The notes: generated by a model not told the origin, from the sequence alone. 64,000 nucleotides of DNA from an uncultured virus (IMG/VR IMGVR_UViG_3300010355_000481) (IMGVR_UViG_3300010355_000481); one strand, 5' to 3'; positions 8,789-18,280 are shown, counted from the stretch's first letter. Program-made: numbers and translations.

Positions 8789-10199
8789 GCCAGTCGAGCT
8801 TGCTATTCAATTTATTCAAGATAAAGCGAAAAATAAGCGAAAACCTGTTATAGTAGCACCTACGGGAGCAGGTAAATCTTTATATATTGCAGCTATAGCT
8901 GATGCTATACCTAATGCTATATTGGTATTACAACCTAATAAGGAGTTACTAATGCAGAATTACGAAAAATATATTGCTTTTGGTAACAAAGCCAGTATAT
9001 GTTCTGCTTCTTTAAAGACTAGAGAAATTGGTCATGTTACTTTTGCTACGCCTGGGAGTATTAAAAATAATGTAGCAGAGTTTAAAGCATTAAAAGTTGT
9101 TGTTATTATTGACGAGTGTGATAGAGCTAACCCTACGGGGGGAGTTCTACACACTTTCCTTAAAGCTTTAGGTGATATAAAGATCTTAGGCCTTACAGCT
9201 ACCCCAGTGATGTTATTACAACAAATGGAAGGTGCCGTACTTAAAATGTTGAACCGTACAAATAGTAGTTTCTGGAATGAGATACTTCACGTAACTCAAA
9301 TCAGAGATATTATTAAAGATGGATTCTGGGCTAAACATAAATATATGCCGATGCCCGTAGATACTTCATCTCTCAAATTTAATACTTCCGGTTCAGAATA
9401 TACTGAAGCTTCTATAATGGAAATGTATGAATCAAATGATTTAACTAATATCATTGCTTTACATTTAGCCGAGCTTAAGCAAATTAAAAAACATATTATC
9501 GTATTCTGTCCGTCCGTACAGACAGCTAGAGATTTACAAGCAATTGTATCTAATTCTACGGTTGTTTGGGGAGATATGCATGATAAAGACAGAGCTATAG
9601 CTATTAATGGATTCAAAGCTGGCGAGTATCAAGTTATGATTAATGTATTCGTACTTTCTATCGGATTTGACTTTCCTGGTATTGATTGTATTATTGATGC
9701 TACGCCTACGGCTTCTATTGCTCGTCGTTACCAAAAACTTGGTAGAGGTGTCAGATTGTTCGAAGATAAAGAATGTTGGTTTATCGAGTACACTGATGGA
9801 TATGAAAAATTTGGCGAACTAGCTGATTTATCTTTCGAAGATCATCCTGTACTTGGTTGGCAAATGTTTAGCGGAGATGTTTTATTGAGTAATATCCCAG
9901 TCAGCAAAATTGGAAAAGTTACTAAACAGAATTTTCGAACTATCCGTTGGTTTATGGATACTTTACCTAAAAGTAAACAATCTACTAATGTCACCCCTTT
10001 GTTTATAGGAACATCAAGTACAGACTATTTAAAAACTTATACATTCACTTTCGGAAAATTTAAAGGAAGTACTATCAAACAAGTACCATTATGGTACTTA
10101 GAGTTTATCCTTAAAGAATTTGACGATACGCCTGATAATTATCGATTAAAAGAGAATATCAAGATATATCTTCAATATTCCGAACCAAAAGACATTTAA
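8760..10199 (+). CDS. SF2 DExD/H helicase (RadD/YejH-like)
   Basis: APTGAGKS, DECD, LTATP, GFDFP and QKLGRGVR motifs; C-terminal FTFGKFKG...VPLWYL small domain. Confidence 0.9.
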   Translation: MIQLRHNQTKPVELAIQFIQDKAKNKRKPVIVAPTGAGKSLYIAAIADAIPNAILVLQPNKELLMQNYEKYIAFGNKASICSASLKTREIGHVTFATPGSIKNNVAEFKALKVVVIIDECDRANPTGGVLHTFLKALGDIKILGLTATPVMLLQQMEGAVLKMLNRTNSSFWNEILHVTQIRDIIKDGFWAKHKYMPMPVDTSSLKFNTSGSEYTEASIMEMYESNDLTNIIALHLAELKQIKKHIIVFCPSVQTARDLQAIVSNSTVVWGDMHDKDRAIAINGFKAGEYQVMINVFVLSIGFDFPGIDCIIDATPTASIARRYQKLGRGVRLFEDKECWFIEYTDGYEKFGELADLSFEDHPVLGWQMFSGDVLLSNIPVSKIGKVTKQNFRTIRWFMDTLPKSKQSTNVTPLFIGTSSTDYLKTYTFTFGKFKGSTIKQVPLWYLEFILKEFDDTPDNYRLKENIKIYLQYSEPKDI

Positions 10200-10367
10200 A
10201 TGAAAGAATTTCAAGCCGAGTTAAAAGCATTACTCGAAAAATATAATGCTAAAATCGTACTTTATAACGAAGAAAATTTTTTGTTTCTTAATTTACATGT
10301 TGGCGATACTAAAATTATTGTAGATTCTGGTTATCGTGATTTAGAAATTACTCCTCAAAATCTTTAA
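10200..10367 (+). CDS. microprotein (55 aa), not in ORF track
   Basis: MKEFQAELKALLEKYNAKI...; exactly fills the gap between neighbours. Confidence 0.6.
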   Translation: MKEFQAELKALLEKYNAKIVLYNEENFLFLNLHVGDTKIIVDSGYRDLEITPQNL

Positions 10368-10368
10368 T

Positions 10369-10650
10369 ATGAAACATTGTGACGGATGCCCGATAGATAT
10401 TCATACAGAACAAGGGGAGATAATTAGTAATTATGGTTGTCTTGCTTCTTTTAAAGAAGCATTAACTTGGTATCAAGATACTGGTAAAGTTTGGGCTTGT
10501 CATGAACAACCAGATAAACCTTGTATTGGATTCTTACAACTCTGTAAAGAAAAGAATATCCCAATTAGCGTTAATAAAAATACGATATTAATTACCGAAC
10601 AAACAACATTAGAACAAATTTATGAACATACATTATTTGAAGAAAATTAG
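10369..10650 (+). CDS. small Cys/His-rich putative metal-binding protein
   Basis: CDGCP...NYGCL...WACH...PCIG. Confidence 0.6.
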   Translation: MKHCDGCPIDIHTEQGEIISNYGCLASFKEALTWYQDTGKVWACHEQPDKPCIGFLQLCKEKNIPISVNKNTILITEQTTLEQIYEHTLFEEN

Positions 10651-10984
10651 AAAGAGATACGAATGGTATTTTAATCCTCAAGGTTTTCCTGTATTACTTG
10701 ATAAAAAACTTAGGACTGTTCAAGTTTATAATGTTGAGTATGTATTGCAAATTACTGGACATATAAACTGGACAGAATTAATTGAAAAAAGCTGGGTAAA
10801 AAAAGATACTCCTAATAAAGAAGTAGCTTTTTATGTATTAAAACAAGTTTTATACCGATATATCGGAGAATCTATGCCTAATCATACTAAACGAACTAAT
10901 TATAATATGGCAAAGAAAAGATTAGATAATTTAAAAGGAAAAAAATCTTATGAAAACAACAATACTGATACCCAAAATATGTAA
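10622..10984 (+). CDS. hypothetical protein
   Basis: 120-aa ORF in an overlapping gene chain. Confidence 0.6.
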   Translation: MNIHYLKKIRKRYEWYFNPQGFPVLLDKKLRTVQVYNVEYVLQITGHINWTELIEKSWVKKDTPNKEVAFYVLKQVLYRYIGESMPNHTKRTNYNMAKKRLDNLKGKKSYENNNTDTQNM

Positions 10985-12119
10985 AGTTGGGTTTAACGAA
11001 CGTACCGATACTTTTACAGGAATGTTAGGCTATATAATTTACTTTGACGGTAAAAAATGGCGTAAAGAAACTTCTTGGGAAAGTTGGCGAGAAAAATATA
11101 TAGATCCTACTGATTTTGAAATAGAACGTTCTGCCGAATATGAAGAACGTATTCAGAATTATATGAAAGGATATTGGGATTCAAATGCCGGAGCATATGT
11201 TCCAATCAGTAAAGAAGAAGCTTTAGAACGTTTAGGTCCATATGAAAAATTTGGTCAACATTTAAGAAGAAAACGTTCTACAAATCCAAGTATCAACCCT
11301 GTCGAGTTTGATAATGTACCTACGGGTGGATTTGTTTTAAACAAAAAAGTAGGAGGAACTTCTTGGAGTAGTTATAACCCTCGCCAAACATATTGTCGAA
11401 TATATGATCCTAGAGGGTTTGAATTCGAAATATCTATACCTAATCTTTTGTATATCCTTGAAAATACGAACAGTATTAAAGGAAAAGGACTTGAAGGTGA
11501 GTTTGTGTATGGATGGCAAGGAAAAGACCTTATATTGATTCCTGTAAATGCGCCGGAGTATAAAGAAATGCTCACTTTTACAGAGAATTCAACCAAAACA
11601 ATAAAGAAAGCCGATCTTATACCTGGTTTTCAATACTTAGATAGTTCTAATAGAACTTTAACCTATATGGGTTATTATTATTTAGGCCGAACAAATAACA
11701 ACTTACCAGTTAAGAATCATATTTTCTTTAACGGTAATGGTTTAGAAGGATATGCTAGTTATTCTTCGCTCAGGGTTAAACTTGATTTTGATGATACTTA
11801 TCCTGATAGGATTAAAGAAGCTTTTGAAAAAGACCAAATATTTGAAGGTTTTGAATATGTTTCTTTTGATCTAGCTCAGGCAGTGCTTGATTCAACTTCT
11901 ACTTATTATTCTACTTGGTTTATTACGAAACAAGATAATAAGTATATTCGTGCTTATATTCAACCTACACAAAGGGGGTACAGATACAATTCTACCAGTA
12001 CTACTGAATGGCAAGTTAATTATAATGGCGAAAAAGAAATTTATTTATCAATTAATGGCGTTTTAAAAAAACATGATAGCTTATGGCAAATACAAATGAT
12101 AAAGAAATCCTTAAACTAA
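10950..12119 (+). CDS. conserved phage hypothetical protein
   Basis: 389 aa; WRKETSWESWR...YDPRGFEFEI pattern recalled from other phage proteins of unknown function. Confidence 0.7.
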   Translation: MKTTILIPKICKVGFNERTDTFTGMLGYIIYFDGKKWRKETSWESWREKYIDPTDFEIERSAEYEERIQNYMKGYWDSNAGAYVPISKEEALERLGPYEKFGQHLRRKRSTNPSINPVEFDNVPTGGFVLNKKVGGTSWSSYNPRQTYCRIYDPRGFEFEISIPNLLYILENTNSIKGKGLEGEFVYGWQGKDLILIPVNAPEYKEMLTFTENSTKTIKKADLIPGFQYLDSSNRTLTYMGYYYLGRTNNNLPVKNHIFFNGNGLEGYASYSSLRVKLDFDDTYPDRIKEAFEKDQIFEGFEYVSFDLAQAVLDSTSTYYSTWFITKQDNKYIRAYIQPTQRGYRYNSTSTTEWQVNYNGEKEIYLSINGVLKKHDSLWQIQMIKKSLN

Positions 12120-12493
12120 AGGATATTATTAAAATCAAAAAGGATAAATTAGGTAAACTTACTAGATTTAATCCTAAAACTAATTGCATCTTAGAATTGA
12201 ACGGAGAAAAGATCAATATTCACGTTGCAACTAAATCTAAGCTATTATTATTGATAGCTCAATTACGTGTTCTTTCCGACGCATTGAAGAAAGAATATCC
12301 AGAAGAAACGCTTATTATCGGTACCTACAATGTTCAAGATTGGATCGATGATTTAAAGTCTAAATTTGAGTATGCTAACGAGCAAGACGAGCGTGCACGT
12401 TTAGATGCTCTCGAGAAAAAATTAACTTCTTTACTTACGGAAGAGACATCTACTAGTCTTGTGATTGATGACATTAAAAATCTTTTATCGTGA
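12083..12493 (+). CDS. hypothetical coiled-coil protein
   Basis: 136 aa, helical C-terminus, overlaps the upstream gene. Confidence 0.7.
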   Translation: MANTNDKEILKLKDIIKIKKDKLGKLTRFNPKTNCILELNGEKINIHVATKSKLLLLIAQLRVLSDALKKEYPEETLIIGTYNVQDWIDDLKSKFEYANEQDERARLDALEKKLTSLLTEETSTSLVIDDIKNLLS

Positions 12494-12942
12494 ATAGTAA
12501 TTATTATTACTTATTTGGTTTAGATGCTATTTCTGCTTATAATTTATCGTTAACTAATGATCTTATTAGTAAGTTGAAAGAAGATAGTTCTGCAGGTACT
12601 ACTTACCATTATAATGAAGAACTAGAATCTCCTACATCTTTATTAGAGGCATTTAGCGGATGGGGTGATTTTATCGTTTTAACTAAACCGGAATATGATT
12701 ATATCCGTGCAAAAATAGATGATGATAATTCTCATCTTAAAGATATTCTTGCTTTCATGCAAAAATATGCTGCAACTGTCAGAGATGATGAAGATATAGC
12801 TTATGTAGAACTTGTAATGGATAATCATATATGTATAGAATTTGAAGAAGTTCAATATTATATACCGAAATCTAATTCTTCGTGGACGGAAGATGATGAT
12901 AAGATCTATGATTTTTTTAACGAACACTTAAAAGTTATTTAA
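12490..12942 (+). CDS. hypothetical acidic protein
   Basis: 150-aa ORF, GTGA overlap. Confidence 0.6.
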   Translation: MNSNYYYLFGLDAISAYNLSLTNDLISKLKEDSSAGTTYHYNEELESPTSLLEAFSGWGDFIVLTKPEYDYIRAKIDDDNSHLKDILAFMQKYAATVRDDEDIAYVELVMDNHICIEFEEVQYYIPKSNSSWTEDDDKIYDFFNEHLKVI

Positions 12943-12943
12943 T

Positions 12944-13477
12944 ATGAAACATGTAATGTTAGACCTCGAAACTATGGGTAATCACCACAATAGTGTTATT
13001 GTGAGTATTGGCGCCGTACGTTTCGAGCCTACGACAGGTGAAAAGGGAGAATCTTTTTACCGTAAAATTGACTTCGCTTCTTGTTTAAAGCTTGGATTAG
13101 AAGTCAATGCCGATACCATCGAATGGTGGATGCAACAAAATGAAGTTGCTCGTATGAAAGTTGCCAAAGTAAAGGGTACACATATTTCCGAAGTTTTAGT
13201 TTCTTTTGCCGAATTTATAGGAAAAGACGACTATATCTGGGGAAATTCTGCCCGATTTGATATTGGCATCCTTCAAAATGCTTATAATAAAGCAGAAATA
13301 GATATTCCTTGGGACTTTAAAAAAGAGCTTGATGTTCGTACCGCTATGTTCTTTAGACAAGAAATTAAGGCTAAAGTTTCATGGAATGGCCCAGCCCATG
13401 ATCCTATCGTAGACTGCAATAATCAGATTGATTATGTCAGTAAAGCGTACCAAAGTATTATGGAGAATTTCGGCTAA
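12944..13477 (+). CDS. 3'-5' exonuclease/exoribonuclease (DEDDh, DUF5051-like)
   Basis: MLDLETMG, WGNSARFD, DVRT and AHDPIVD motifs. Confidence 0.85.
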   Translation: MKHVMLDLETMGNHHNSVIVSIGAVRFEPTTGEKGESFYRKIDFASCLKLGLEVNADTIEWWMQQNEVARMKVAKVKGTHISEVLVSFAEFIGKDDYIWGNSARFDIGILQNAYNKAEIDIPWDFKKELDVRTAMFFRQEIKAKVSWNGPAHDPIVDCNNQIDYVSKAYQSIMENFG

Positions 13478-13482
13478 AAAGC

Positions 13483-13513
13483 TTGATATTACAGGCTTTT
13501 CGTCGTATCTTTG
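13483..13513 (+). promoter_or_regulatory. Bacteroidota sigma70-type promoter
   Basis: TTG (13483-85), 20-nt spacer, TATCTTTG (13506-13), matching TTG-N19-21-TAnnTTTG. Confidence 0.75.
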
Positions 13514-13560
13514 ATTAACAATTAACTCAGCTATGAGATGAATAGCGTGAAATACCAGTT

Positions 13561-14382
13561 ATGAGTAGAACAGAACAATTAGACGTCAAGCAGAACGTCG
13601 CCAAGAAAACCCTTCAATGGAAAAGTGGTGAATCTGCAGTAGCTTATTATGACAAAGAAGCCGATGGTGGTGATGGTGCCAATGTAGCACTTCCTCTTCC
13701 TTTCGAATTCGTAGTCTTAAGTAAAGATTACATATCCTTTAATGGATATTGCGAGGCCGAAAAGAAAGGTTTTTGGTCGAATGAAGTTAAGTCAAGTAAT
13801 AAAGATGCATTAGTGCATGTACGCTTGGGTAACGAAGTAGCTCGTACATTTAAAAAATCTGAATGGAAAGGTACGAAAAACAATCCGGGAGTTAAAGATG
13901 ACCCAGATTTAAAAGGGTGTAAATACACTCAAATCTTGTACATCAGTGCTCAATTGCCTGGTGATAACCAACCTGAGATTTATCGTATGATGTTGAACGG
14001 CGCTTCTTTCTCTGGGGGAATTACTGCCGACAAAAAAGGTAATGAACACGAAGGTCAAGAAAATGATGGATGGGTACGTTTTACGTCAAATCTTTGTAAG
14101 ACTGACGCTAACGCCTTATTCAAAACAGCTATTACGATTACGGAAGCTAAGTCTAAGAAAAATGGTAGTGTAAATTACACTATGCCTGTTTTCACAGCGA
14201 CTGAACTTGACGCAGATATGGAAGCTTTATACGAAGATCAATACAAAAAAGTGTTGGATTGGTTCAAGTATTACGAAGGTAAACAAGCTGCTTATAACAG
14301 TGAGAATGCCGAAACAACTGCAACACCTGTATCTAGTGCAAGCCCTGTTTCTACAGTACCAGATGATGACGCAGATCTTTAA
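13561..14382 (+). CDS. putative single-stranded DNA-binding protein
   Basis: Beta-rich, aromatic body; flexible linker and acidic tail PDDDADL; replication module; own promoter and terminator. Confidence 0.55.
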   Translation: MSRTEQLDVKQNVAKKTLQWKSGESAVAYYDKEADGGDGANVALPLPFEFVVLSKDYISFNGYCEAEKKGFWSNEVKSSNKDALVHVRLGNEVARTFKKSEWKGTKNNPGVKDDPDLKGCKYTQILYISAQLPGDNQPEIYRMMLNGASFSGGITADKKGNEHEGQENDGWVRFTSNLCKTDANALFKTAITITEAKSKKNGSVNYTMPVFTATELDADMEALYEDQYKKVLDWFKYYEGKQAAYNSENAETTATPVSSASPVSTVPDDDADL

Positions 14383-14398
14383 TCATTTATTACAATTT

Positions 14399-14435
14399 AA
14401 AATATCCCCTTACTTCGGTAGGGGGATTTTTTTTT
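14399..14435 (+). terminator. intrinsic terminator
   Basis: ATCCCCTTAC-TTCG-GTAGGGGGAT followed by a T run. Confidence 0.8.
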
Positions 14436-14439
14436 GCTT

Positions 14440-14610
14440 ATGAAAAAAATACATGGATGGGTTAATCATGAAATTAGAGATTTCCAATCTAAATTATTTG
14501 ACCATTTTCAAAACTTAGGTTCTGAACAATTTGGTACATATATAAATTTTCGTAATAACTATAAACCAAGTGCTAATCCTGCAAGAATATGGATAAAAAA
14601 AGTAATATGA
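14440..14610 (+). CDS. microprotein (56 aa), array member 1
   Basis: MKKIHGWVNHEIRD...RIWIKKVI; ATGA overlap with the next ORF. Confidence 0.6.
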   Translation: MKKIHGWVNHEIRDFQSKLFDHFQNLGSEQFGTYINFRNNYKPSANPARIWIKKVI

Positions 14611-14753
14611 ATCAAGTAAATTTTGAGATTAAAACTTCAACATTTGAAGTAAGTACGGGAATCTATATTCGTTTAAGAGAATTAAATATTCATAAACCAA
14701 AATTTAAAAGAGTAGTAAATGTTAATGGTTTTTGGGAAAAAACTAAATTATGA
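14607..14753 (+). CDS. microprotein (48 aa), array member 2
   Basis: MNQVNFEIKTS...FWEKTKL; 147 nt, ATGA at both ends. Confidence 0.6.
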   Translation: MNQVNFEIKTSTFEVSTGIYIRLRELNIHKPKFKRVVNVNGFWEKTKL

Positions 14754-14896
14754 ACAATAAAAGATGGGTTATAAACAGAAGTGCACGTTTAACTCAAAAA
14801 ATTCAATTAAGGGAGTATAAAATAGAAACTTTATATTTTTCTCAATTATTAATAAATTTAATACTTTTAAGACATCAAACACTTTTACATATATGA
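14750..14896 (+). CDS. microprotein (48 aa), array member 3
   Basis: MNNKRWVINRS...RHQTLLHI; 147 nt, ATGA at both ends. Confidence 0.65.
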   Translation: MNNKRWVINRSARLTQKIQLREYKIETLYFSQLLINLILLRHQTLLHI

Positions 14897-15039
14897 AACA
14901 AAAAGAATATGTAATAATTACAGAAATGGATCAATTTAGAATTGATAATTTACGAAATTGTGGTGCGGGACCTCTTTATCCTGTAATAAATTTAATGGTT
15001 GCAGTATCTATCAAACGTCAAATACTTTCGCATATATGA
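14893..15039 (+). CDS. microprotein (48 aa), array member 4
   Basis: MKQKEYVIITE...KRQILSHI; 147 nt; stop overlaps the primase ATG. Confidence 0.65.
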   Translation: MKQKEYVIITEMDQFRIDNLRNCGAGPLYPVINLMVAVSIKRQILSHI

Positions 15040-16028
15040 GTAGAATAAATCAAGTAGATCTCGGGCCTACTGCAGCTGAAATAGAAAATAGTATCTCCTT
15101 AGTTGATGTTATTAATAAGTATACGAGGTTAAAAGCTTCTAATGGTAAGTATATAGGTTTATGTCCTTTTCATAATGAGAAAACTCCTTCATTTACTGTT
15201 TCTCAATCTAAAGGTATATACAAATGTTTTGGTTGCGGAGAAGGAGGTAAAGGAGTTATTAATTTCATTATGAATAAGGAAAAGTTATCTTTCTCCGATG
15301 CCAGAGCTTTATTATTAACTGATTTTAAAGTAACATCTACTAAAAAAGATATTATTATTCGTCCCGAGAAAGAAACTGAACCTCTTGATATTGAGTTTGT
15401 AGACATGCCTTTTACTAAACAGCATAACAAGTATTGGGAAAAGCTCCGTATGGATCAAACTTTTCTCAACAAAAACAATGTATTTGCCGTTAAAGAATGG
15501 GCTATCGGTCGTAAAAAGAAGGGAACTATGAGGATAAAACCTAAAGAACCTGGTGAAATTACTTTTTGCTACTATGCTCCCGATATTAACGGGGAAAAAA
15601 TACTACGAATCGGGCCAACTATTACTAAAGCTGATAAATGGGTTTCTAATATTAAATCTGACTATCTATGGTATTTTGATCAATACGAACAATGTAATGA
15701 TCTTTATATCGTTAAATCATTAAAAGATACGTTGGTAGTTAAGAAATTAGGGTATTGTGCATGTGCTGTTCAATCAGAAAATGCTAGAGTACTTCTTGAT
15801 AAAAATAAAGAACGTATCGAAGCTAAATGCGAACGCCCTACTTTAGTGTTTGGTATTGATACCCAAGCTATCGGTCAACGTGATATTATCCTTTCAGAAA
15901 CCGATTGGAAGAGTTGGCGCTTAAATGAATCATTGTATGAATCTCATAAAATCTCGGATCCGGCAGAATATATAGAAGCTGGGTTCAATTATAAACAATT
16001 AAGACAAGAATTATTAAATGGAAAATGA
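15036..16028 (+). CDS. DNA primase (CHC2 zinc finger plus divergent TOPRIM)
   Basis: CPFHNEKTPSF...YKCFGCGEGG zinc finger; KSLKD...QSE...D.D...SDPAE; ATG 15036. Confidence 0.85.
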   Translation: MSRINQVDLGPTAAEIENSISLVDVINKYTRLKASNGKYIGLCPFHNEKTPSFTVSQSKGIYKCFGCGEGGKGVINFIMNKEKLSFSDARALLLTDFKVTSTKKDIIIRPEKETEPLDIEFVDMPFTKQHNKYWEKLRMDQTFLNKNNVFAVKEWAIGRKKKGTMRIKPKEPGEITFCYYAPDINGEKILRIGPTITKADKWVSNIKSDYLWYFDQYEQCNDLYIVKSLKDTLVVKKLGYCACAVQSENARVLLDKNKERIEAKCERPTLVFGIDTQAIGQRDIILSETDWKSWRLNESLYESHKISDPAEYIEAGFNYKQLRQELLNGK

Positions 16029-16209
16029 AATAATAATTGACGAAGAACCTATAGAAGAGCATCATTTTTTCGTAGATATACCACAATCAGACAAAGAAGA
16101 ATGGTTAAATATTCAAAGCTTTTCTACTAGGGAAGAAGCTATTGATTTTGCTCAATTTAAGTTTGGCGCTGACGAAAATGGTATGGTATCTTTAATATCT
16201 CAATCATAA
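16018..16209 (+). CDS. small acidic hypothetical protein
   Basis: 63 aa; FSTREEAI motif common in small phage proteins. Confidence 0.6.
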   Translation: MENEIIIDEEPIEEHHFFVDIPQSDKEEWLNIQSFSTREEAIDFAQFKFGADENGMVSLISQS

Positions 16210-16212
16210 ATT

Positions 16213-16581
16213 ATGGAAAATAACTTATATTCAGAGGAACCTATATCCCTCTATAATACAGATAAAAAAGAATTGATAGGTATTTTTACTTCTTTTAGGA
16301 GCGTAGCTAAGTATATGTTTGATCATGAGTATTGTCATAAAGAAGGTGCTTTACGTTTATCGTTAAATCGTAAAGCAAAAATTCTTTGCGACAAACTAAA
16401 GTGTACGATAACATTACGGTATGCTAATGCGACCCAAAAAGAACAATTGGAAGGAAAATTGTACTATATTGCTGATGATTACCCTAAACCTATCATAAGT
16501 GGTACAATTACCCAAGAATTCAGCTCAAGTAGATTAGTAATGGCCTCTAAATTAAAAAATAAACGTGTTAAAACCTGTTAA
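16213..16581 (+). CDS. NUMOD1/IENR1-like DNA-binding domain protein
   Basis: ISLYNTDKKELIGIFTSFRSVAKYM resembles NUMOD1; no nuclease domain seen. Confidence 0.45.
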   Translation: MENNLYSEEPISLYNTDKKELIGIFTSFRSVAKYMFDHEYCHKEGALRLSLNRKAKILCDKLKCTITLRYANATQKEQLEGKLYYIADDYPKPIISGTITQEFSSSRLVMASKLKNKRVKTC

Positions 16582-16774
16582 ACTCAAATCGGACGGAGAT
16601 GGCCATGACTATCTTATCCCCAATGATATGGAAGCTTCTTTTGAATGGTATATGAATGCTATATCTGAAAATGAAGATGATCAGAAAGTTATTGATAATT
16701 TCGAAGAAGTCTTTTCAACTTATCGCCTCGGCGGTGATATAAACAACAAACAATTATATGCTGACATTAAGTAA
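16565..16774 (+). CDS. small hypothetical protein
   Basis: 69 aa; DGDGHDYLIP. Confidence 0.6.
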   Translation: MLKPVKLKSDGDGHDYLIPNDMEASFEWYMNAISENEDDQKVIDNFEEVFSTYRLGGDINNKQLYADIK

Positions 16775-17216
16775 TACACCAACTGATTGGATATTAGTCA
16801 AAGCTGATAATAATTCAGACTGGTTTTGTTCTGACTTTGCCATTATACAACTAAGTTCTGTTGTACCTATACTTGAAAAAGTAAAAGAAACTAATTTGTT
16901 AAACATTTTAGGTGATATTTCTTATTCCGTAGAATTGTATAAAGGTTATGTTAATTTTTATACTACCGAAGATGATACCCTAGATTTTATTGATAATTTC
17001 GTAGGAGATGAAAAACCTACTGCCGCCGATTATCTTTATGTAGATTATGATTATAATCGTGATCATGAAGATTTAGGTACGTTAGAAGTTACATTAGATA
17101 CTACTTCTTTAGTAATTTCTAAATTTGCAGGAATTTCTCTTCGTAAAAACAGTAAATACACTTCTGATGAATGTACCTGTAATTTACCTGATGATTTTAT
17201 ACCAAACTTTGAATAA
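16758..17216 (+). CDS. hypothetical acidic protein
   Basis: 152-aa ORF in gene chain. Confidence 0.6.
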   Translation: MLTLSNTPTDWILVKADNNSDWFCSDFAIIQLSSVVPILEKVKETNLLNILGDISYSVELYKGYVNFYTTEDDTLDFIDNFVGDEKPTAADYLYVDYDYNRDHEDLGTLEVTLDTTSLVISKFAGISLRKNSKYTSDECTCNLPDDFIPNFE

Positions 17217-17476
17217 TGACTATATATAGTATAATTACGTTAAAAAAATACGGGGCGGGAGTTGTTTTTGATTCAATTCAAAATTTCGTAGCTTTAGATA
17301 TTGGCACTGGGCAGGAAGGAATAAAACAAAGAGCCCAAGAAGCTTTTATTACGACTATCGAAGCTTATGGTCCCGATACTGTTACTTATCGTGTAGGTAA
17401 AGCTTATATAGAAGCGGAAGAATATGAAGATAGTCAAGTTATTATTTACTTTAAAACTTCAGAAGATGCTTCGTAA
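17216..17476 (+). CDS. hypothetical protein
   Basis: 86 aa, TAATG overlap. Confidence 0.55.
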   Translation: MTIYSIITLKKYGAGVVFDSIQNFVALDIGTGQEGIKQRAQEAFITTIEAYGPDTVTYRVGKAYIEAEEYEDSQVIIYFKTSEDAS

Positions 17477-18062
17477 ATTTGAATACAACAAAGACATGAT
17501 AGTTGATAATATCATGGAAATGTGGGATGGTTTATCCATCGCTGCAATATTAGCGAATAAAAATTGGTACAGAGATACCCATATGTGGTGTAAACAATTA
17601 GCAGATGCTCATGGAATAGATGTATTAACTCTCGTTGGGATTTTTGCTGCCCTTAGTCCTCAGTGTAGTTTTAGACAAAATAAATTATACTGCGAACAAT
17701 ACCTTATTGGTGTCAACAAACATACGAAGGGTCAAATTGGAAAATGTGATCAAATTATGCTTACCGAAGGTACTTACGAAGAACGACATGCTCAAACCCT
17801 TATTGAACTTGGCGGGAAGAAAACTCAATCTTTTTTCGATAATATCTTACATTACAAAACTAGTCAAATGGTGACTTTAGATCGACATGCTTTCCGTGTC
17901 GCTGGGTTTGATATAGTTAGTATTACCGAAAGGCAATACGAATTTCTCGAAGATGCTTACCAAACATGTGCAAAAAAAGTTAATATGTTACCTTGTGAAC
18001 TTCAAGGTATAACATGGCAACATTGGCGGGATTCTAATAATAAATCTAAACATTTTGACTAA
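17466..18062 (+). CDS. HhH DNA-glycosylase-like phage protein
   Basis: WY...AALSPQ....N...GKKTQSFFDNI...VTLDRHA...LQGITW pattern; ATG 17466. Confidence 0.55.
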   Translation: MLRKFEYNKDMIVDNIMEMWDGLSIAAILANKNWYRDTHMWCKQLADAHGIDVLTLVGIFAALSPQCSFRQNKLYCEQYLIGVNKHTKGQIGKCDQIMLTEGTYEERHAQTLIELGGKKTQSFFDNILHYKTSQMVTLDRHAFRVAGFDIVSITERQYEFLEDAYQTCAKKVNMLPCELQGITWQHWRDSNNKSKHFD

Positions 18063-18262
18063 TGGCATATCCAAAAGATATTAAAGCAATAATGGATAAA
18101 ATCCCAAAAGAACATCATAAAGATATCAACAAAATAATTCATCATTATTATTCATTAGGAGTAACCACTACACAAGCGTTAGTAAAAGATATAGCTCGTA
18201 TCCCTGTAAATAAAATTATTGAATATGTTGTTTGTAATGAAGATGAACTTGCTGGGGGTTAA
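18062..18262 (+). CDS. small hypothetical protein
   Basis: 66 aa, coupled start. Confidence 0.55.
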   Translation: MAYPKDIKAIMDKIPKEHHKDINKIIHHYYSLGVTTTQALVKDIARIPVNKIIEYVVCNEDELAGG

Positions 18263-18280
18263 CTTTAAAAAATTATATAA

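Noticed and set aside
14958..15035. TTG start extending the primase N-terminus
   Set aside because: The region is occupied by the 48-aa ORF 14893..15039, whose stop overlaps ATG 15036.
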